NCBI GenBank assembly: GCA_038046625.1
Contig: JBBSVV010000007.1
Location: forward strand, 1 to 10,973
Direction: 5' to 3'
Length of the DNA: 10,973 bases
DNA from: an archaeon
Lineage (GTDB): Archaea > Iainarchaeota > Iainarchaeia > Iainarchaeales > Iainarchaeaceae
In this document: piece after piece, positions 7,070 to 10,973 of the stretch
How the letters are laid out: each line of letters starts with the position of its first letter
Position numbering within the stretch: position 1 is the first letter of the stretch
Notes under the pieces: model-generated
What the model saw: the letters and a program-made list of their open reading frames with translations, nothing else
Database searches by the model: none
What the model was told of the DNA's origin: nothing
Program-made: the position numbers and the translations under genes

Positions 7070-7530
7070 TAAAATAATGCCGCCTTCAGGTTTTTTCAGA
7101 GCGCTTCGGTCTGGGAGAATAATTGTGCACAATGGCGTGAAGTGCGCCGACGACCCTTTAATAGGGGGGTTGTGGCACAATAATTGTGTAACTGCGACAA
7201 CCGATACACAAACGGAATTTTCCGTTAATCAAAAGTATGCACCTATTGTATACTGCCAGTGTTTTGCTGGAGTTAAAACGGATTAACTACGTTATCACGG
7301 GGTGGTAATTTATGCAGGGAATCAGGCAAATGAACAAAGAGCATGCTTCAGGCGTGAGAGCGCATTCCTCCTACGCACAAAGGCGCAGGCAATTGAAGTA
7401 AAATTGCGGGTGTTGGACTTAGGGCAAAAAAGAGAATGCCAATGGACTAATCCCCCCCTCCAAACAGCAGCGAGCGAGTGCAAGTCCCTTCCGTTCTGTA
7501 AAGCTTACCTTGTGCAGGTTAATTTCTTTT
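7070..7530 (+). ncRNA. Candidate large structured non-coding RNA, family not recognised
   Basis: More than 10 closely spaced stem-loops with many G-U pairs on the + strand, cUUCGg (7104-7109) and GAGA (7356-7359) tetraloops, a TATA-like sequence upstream and a T-rich end at 7519-7530. No protein-like ORF. Boundaries are approximate. Confidence 0.5.
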
Positions 7531-7561
7531 AAAAAAATACTCTTAAGGAATAGTCACTACT

Positions 7562-7981
7562 ATGGCGCAAAAATTTTATCTTGATACCGCAATCTGGCGA
7601 GACTACTTTGAGGACAGGAAGGACAACCTCAGGCCGCTTGGCGAGTTCGCATTTCGATTTCTGAAAGACTGTGAAAAGAAGGGCTGCACTATTTTGTATT
7701 CCTCTTTGGTGGTCGAGGAATTGGAATCGCATTATTCCAAAGAAAGGGTTGCCGAGGTTTTTTCCTCATTCAGGCACATGCTTGCTGAAGTCCCTATTTC
7801 GGGTGTGCAGATTTCAGAAGCGCGTAAAATCGTGTCATCCACAGAAGGAACACATCTCAAGGATGCCGTGCACGCAGTTCTCGCAAAAGACAACGGAGCA
7901 ACAATGATAGCAAGAGACAAGCACTTTGAGGCCTTAACCGAGATTGTAGAAGTTGCAAAGCCTGAAGACATTCACTTTTGA
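7562..7981 (+). CDS. PIN-domain (VapC-like) ribonuclease toxin
   Basis: FYLDTAIW (first catalytic Asp), 'SSLVVEEL', 'KDAVHAVLA' and 'MIARDKHF' supply the four PIN acidic positions. TTTTAAAA at 7527-7534 fits a leaderless start. Confidence 0.9.
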   Translation: MAQKFYLDTAIWRDYFEDRKDNLRPLGEFAFRFLKDCEKKGCTILYSSLVVEELESHYSKERVAEVFSSFRHMLAEVPISGVQISEARKIVSSTEGTHLKDAVHAVLAKDNGATMIARDKHFEALTEIVEVAKPEDIHF

Positions 7982-8265
7982 GCAAATTTCTTCTCAAGCA
8001 TTCCTATGAACTCTTCTCCGGCCTTTTCTGTCAATGCCCTGAATTCCTCATCAGTCTTTGCCTTCCCTTTGCCCTTGAATATTCCCCTTGCCGCAAAGAG
8101 TGATGCCCATGCCTTCTTTTTACGCCTTTCCTCTTCATTGGCTTTGAGTTTGTCCCTGATGGACTCCCGGATGAACTCGGTCTTTGTGCTGTAATTGAAC
8201 TCCTTAATGTCCTTGTCAATCTGCCTTGCAATGGGCGTCTCTAATTTGATGCTCACATGCTCCAT
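7972..8265 (-). CDS. Ribbon-helix-helix (CopG/VapB-like) DNA-binding protein, putative antitoxin
   Basis: MEHVSIKLETPIARQIDKDIKEFNYSTKTEFIRESIRDKL shows the RHH pattern (alternating beta strand, helix, 'YSTKTEFIRESIR'). Confidence 0.85.
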   Translation of the reverse strand: MEHVSIKLETPIARQIDKDIKEFNYSTKTEFIRESIRDKLKANEEERRKKKAWASLFAARGIFKGKGKAKTDEEFRALTEKAGEEFIGMLEKKFAQK

Positions 8266-8267
8266 AT

Positions 8268-8295
8268 CACTAAGTATTACTTGGTGCTTTATAAA
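8268..8295 (-). promoter_or_regulatory. RHH gene promoter: TATA box plus 19-bp imperfect palindromic operator
   Basis: TTTATAAA at 8288-8295. CACTAAGTA-T-TACTTGGTG at 8268-8286 (8/9 arm match) lies between the TATA box and the ATG. Confidence 0.6.
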
Positions 8296-8315
8296 AACTT
8301 TCCGTTTCAGGCCAT

Positions 8316-8546
8316 TTACTTCTGTTTCCTGGCTTCAGCCATTTCTTCCGCCAGCTTCTCCGTTTTCAATTCCTTCCTTTTTTCTCTAAGCTCATTAGGC
8401 TCATTATGCATCTCGAAAAACCTTTCCTCATTTTCAAAACGCAGTTTGATTCTTTCGTGCTTCTCCTTGAACTCAAAAATAACTTTCAAGTATGCTTTCT
8501 CCTTCTCAATGCACATCAGATAATCCGATTGGAAACTGTGTTCCAT
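8316..8546 (-). CDS. Hypothetical small charged (E/K-rich) coiled-coil protein
   Basis: 76-aa ORF just downstream of tRNA-Tyr, with protein-like E/K-rich composition and no recognised motif. Confidence 0.6.
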   Translation of the reverse strand: MEHSFQSDYLMCIEKEKAYLKVIFEFKEKHERIKLRFENEERFFEMHNEPNELREKRKELKTEKLAEEMAEARKQK

Positions 8547-8581
8547 GAATTCACTAAGCTCCTTTTGCTCTAAAAGTTAAA

Positions 8582-8823
8582 TCCCCCCTCCCGGATTTGC
8601 ACCGGGGATCTTCCGGTCGCTGCACTCCGCAACGGCTTTGTTTCCAACAACGGAAATTGACGCCAACGAAACCAAGCTTTTACACTTTTCTTTTTCGTTG
8701 ACGCTTTTCTTTCTCCAGAAAAGCTCGCCCTCTTTCTTTTTGGTTGAGCTTTTTCCTTTCTCCGCAGGAGGAAGAAAAAGGTCATTCTACAGCCGGACGC
8801 TTTAGCTACTAAGCTAAGGGGGG
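8582..8823 (-). tRNA. tRNA-Tyr (GUA) with a 169-nt intron at canonical position 37/38
   Basis: Exon 1 (8823-8787): CCCCCCT-TA-GCTT-AGTAGCTA-AAGC-G-TCCGG-CT-GTA-G. Exon 2 (8617-8582): A-CCGGA-AGATC-CCCGG-TGCAAAT-CCGGG-AGGGGGG-A. C1:G72 and A73 are archaeal Tyr identity elements. Mature length 73 nt. Confidence 0.92.
8618..8786 (-). other. tRNA-Tyr intron with a bulge-helix-bulge splice motif, filled with palindromic repeats
   Basis: Central helix C32-U33-G34-U35 pairs with intron GCAG. The 3-nt bulges are AG/A and CG/A, with cuts after the second bulge nucleotide, and a short flanking AU/GU helix follows. Confidence 0.85.
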
Positions 8824-8875
8824 TCCATTTGCAAAGAAATGTATGTAAACATTGGATTTTGACGTGTTTTTAAAT

Positions 8876-9745
8876 TTAATGAGCCGTGGCCGGACCGCGT
8901 TTTATTGCGATTCTCCCGTAAAGGGCAGGGTATGCAAAGGTTATCCAGGCGCCCGCGAGGAAATAGGCTTCGGCCGAAACCGCGCTGAACTGCGTCAGCA
9001 CCACAATCCCGCCAAGCCCGGCGAAGCCGATTATTTCCTTTACCCAGAGTTTTTTTCCAGAGAGCTTCTGCGAATCCATGTTCATTAATTTGAACGCGAA
9101 CACCCCGCCGAAGTAACCCAAAAATCCGCTCGCAATCGCCAGGTCGCGCAATGCGAGCGAAACCACTATCCCCAAAAGTATTGCGCTAACCAAGCCGATT
9201 TCCTCGAGCACGCGCTTCTGGTTGAATTTTATTTTCGCGAACTGCTGCTCGACATAGTGCACAATCCTTCCAATGAGGAAACCGAACAAAGCCCCTACAA
9301 TAATGTCGCCGATAAAATGTGCACCAAAGTAAACCCTCGAGAAAAGCACCAAAATCAAAATCGCCAAGCCGAACAGCTTCGCGTTCTTCGCGAACATCTC
9401 CCAGTAATAACCGAAGATCCCGCTTATCGTGGTCGCGTGCCCCGAAGGCAATCCATAAGGAGAGTCGGTTTCAAAAACCAGCACGCGGAACTCTTCAGGA
9501 GAAGGCCGGAGCCGCGCGGTCAAGGGCTTCAATAGGCCTACGAGTGCAGCAGCAAAAAGGAGTGTCACCGTGAGGAAAAACGATTTCTTTTCCTCGCCCT
9601 TCCAGTACAAAAATGCGGACAATGCAATCCAGAGCATCGGGTTCCCGAGCTGCGTGAGCACGAGGAAAAAATAGTCGGCGGAGGAATTTGAAAATGACTG
9701 CACGAAATGGCTGAACCAGATTTCCGCGCTCAAGGGCTCGAACAT
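8876..9745 (-). CDS. PAP2-family membrane phosphatase
   Basis: K-x6-RP (KPLTARLRP), PSGH and SRVYFGAH...D motifs, with multiple TM segments. Confidence 0.93.
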   Translation of the reverse strand: MFEPLSAEIWFSHFVQSFSNSSADYFFLVLTQLGNPMLWIALSAFLYWKGEEKKSFFLTVTLLFAAALVGLLKPLTARLRPSPEEFRVLVFETDSPYGLPSGHATTISGIFGYYWEMFAKNAKLFGLAILILVLFSRVYFGAHFIGDIIVGALFGFLIGRIVHYVEQQFAKIKFNQKRVLEEIGLVSAILLGIVVSLALRDLAIASGFLGYFGGVFAFKLMNMDSQKLSGKKLWVKEIIGFAGLGGIVVLTQFSAVSAEAYFLAGAWITFAYPALYGRIAIKRGPATAH

Positions 9746-9749
9746 CCAT

Positions 9750-10196
9750 TCACTCTTTATCTTTCTTCTTCATTAATCTTTTCATTCCGGGAATTTTCAC
9801 GTTGGTGTAATCGACTTCCAATGCGCACTGCTTCAGGGCTTTCTTCATCGCATACACCTTGCAGAACTGCGCGAGCTCCTTCTTCTCTCCTTTCTGGAAC
9901 TGCGGCAACTCCGTGACTTCATTGATTACCGAATTCACTTTCCTGGAGCCAACCTCTTCCAAAGCCCTTCCAGTGTCCTTTTTTCCAAGCCCAAGCTCAT
10001 CAATTGCCTTGTCGACTTTTGCTAGGTCAACAATTTTGCGCAAATTTGCCTCAATCTTTGCATCCACACTGGTGGTAAGGCTTGCGAGGAACTCCATCAC
10101 GGTTCTCGGGTCTGTAACCGACTCAATCTTGAGTTTCTTGATTGAAACCCAGTCATCATAATTCGCAACGAACTGAATGTACTTTTCGTCAGCCAT
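9750..10196 (-). CDS. DUF2666-like archaeal conserved protein
   Basis: From MADEKYIQFVANYDDWVSIKKLKIESVTDPRTVMEFLAS; the 'IQF.A...W...KKL.I' N-terminus resembles DUF2666. It ends 4 nt before the PAP2 start, suggesting an operon. The track's upstream extension overlaps the next gene and is discarded. Confidence 0.75.
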   Translation of the reverse strand: MADEKYIQFVANYDDWVSIKKLKIESVTDPRTVMEFLASLTTSVDAKIEANLRKIVDLAKVDKAIDELGLGKKDTGRALEEVGSRKVNSVINEVTELPQFQKGEKKELAQFCKVYAMKKALKQCALEVDYTNVKIPGMKRLMKKKDKE

Positions 10197-10251
10197 AAAA
10201 TCTCTCAAATCCAATAACACAACGCAAACGACAATAAAAATGTTTTTGGTG

Positions 10252-10806
10252 TCAGCGTCTTGCCATTTTTTCCAGCTGTTCCGCAAGGTTATTCAGTTCC
10301 TGCATTTCAAGCGGATTCAGTTCCAGAGTTGTGATTCTTGTGCTGTTCTCGTGAATTTCTGCCGCGTCCGGGTCCTTCACTCTTCCTGAAATCAGCTTTT
10401 GCCTTGTTGCTGACCTCAGTTCAGCTGCAACCGCCCTGAGCCCGGGCTTCACCTGATCTCTCCATATTTCGACTTTTTTCATGCTGGTTTTTCCCTCTGC
10501 AATCATTCCCTTTACCATATCCGTTGCTCTCGCCTGCATTTCCTTTTTCCCGGCCTGGTGAAGTGCCCTGTAAATCAACCTCGTCAAATTCCCATGGTAT
10601 CCCCTGAATCGGCCGTCGCTTGCCGCCACTGCCTTTTCCACAATTCCTTCTCGCACCCATGGCTCGATTACAATCCCCCTTTTGGCCTCTATTCTTAGCT
10701 CCTCCCTTCTTCGCACGACTTCATTCAATTCATGCTTCGGAACAACGTTTTTGTGTGCCGAATCCCTTTCCCCTACGCGCGTTTCACGCCTTCGTCTCAA
10801 AACCAT
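10252..10806 (-). CDS. Hypothetical basic helical protein
   Basis: 184-aa ORF with an Arg-rich N-terminus (MVLRRRRETR) and no recognised motif. Confidence 0.72.
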   Translation of the reverse strand: MVLRRRRETRVGERDSAHKNVVPKHELNEVVRRREELRIEAKRGIVIEPWVREGIVEKAVAASDGRFRGYHGNLTRLIYRALHQAGKKEMQARATDMVKGMIAEGKTSMKKVEIWRDQVKPGLRAVAAELRSATRQKLISGRVKDPDAAEIHENSTRITTLELNPLEMQELNNLAEQLEKMARR

Positions 10807-10973
10807 AAAAAGATAACCGCTGTGAACAATAAAAAATCTTCTTTTGCCCCAAATATATTTCCGCTGCAGTTTCTCGGTTCAAACCTCCGGAATTTGGGTG
10901 CGACGATACCCCCCATTTGCAATGGGGCAAGCCCTCGGCGAGATCCAGAAACACCTTTTTCTTTCTTTTTCAA

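Noticed and set aside
7142..7530. Group II intron (GTGCG at 7142)
   Set aside because: No convincing domain V or VI and no RT ORF. The GTGCG is part of a local hairpin.
7077..7532. Two same-frame ORFs (7077..7286, 7302..7532) separated by one TAA, as a pseudogene or read-through gene
   Set aside because: The translation has no recognisable motif, and TAA is not a Sec/Pyl codon. Dense strand-biased RNA structure explains the region better. A tBLASTn hit spanning the stop would reverse this.
7263..7556. Group I intron-like words (TTGCTGG 7264, AAACAGCAGC 7462, GGACTA 7444, AAGGAATAGTC 7545)
   Set aside because: The R-like word precedes the Q-like word (wrong order), the S-like word lies in the PIN gene's promoter region, and no host exons are evident.
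8570..8785. 71-aa linear ORF
   Set aside because: It consists of the tRNA-Tyr intron plus exon 2 and is low complexity; it is not a genomic CDS.
10869..10960. Minimal RNase P RNA or hammerhead ribozyme
   Set aside because: GGGGCAAG and CAGAA resemble RNase P words, but there is no GAGGAAAGUC-type CR-I or proper P4 and the element is too short. There is no CUGANGA hammerhead core.
1..10973. CRISPR array, IS/transposase, integrase or reverse transcriptase
   Set aside because: I saw no regularly spaced direct repeats and no ORF with DDE, HUH, tyrosine-recombinase or YxDD RT context.

Overview
Archaeal chromosomal window, most consistent with a DPANN-type lineage (inference). Evidence: TATA boxes about 25-35 nt upstream of leaderless starts, oligo-T terminators, tRNAs without encoded CCA, a BHB-type tRNA intron, a geranylgeranyl reductase, and DUF2666/DUF2683-like genes. 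Housekeeping-type genes: GGR (partial), a HAD hydrolase, a P-loop kinase-dCMP deaminase fusion, tRNA-Asp(GUC), an RsmB/NOP2 m5C methyltransferase, a small DMT/SMR transporter, a thioredoxin-like [2Fe-2S] ferredoxin and a PAP2 phosphatase. An accessory cluster lies next to the 3' end of tRNA-Tyr(GUA): DUF2683-RelE-GIY-YIG operon, PIN toxin and RHH protein. Three features stand out. (1) A ~460-nt, apparently non-coding, densely hairpinned + strand segment (~7070-7530) with G-U-biased stems and UUCG/GNRA loops sits between two toxin-antitoxin modules and is a candidate unclassified large ncRNA. (2) tRNA-Tyr carries a 169-nt canonical-position intron built from palindromic repeat units. (3) The kinase-deaminase fusion has the AvcD/antiviral dCTP deaminase domain architecture. 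All family calls come from motif recognition by eye; no searches or folding programs were run.
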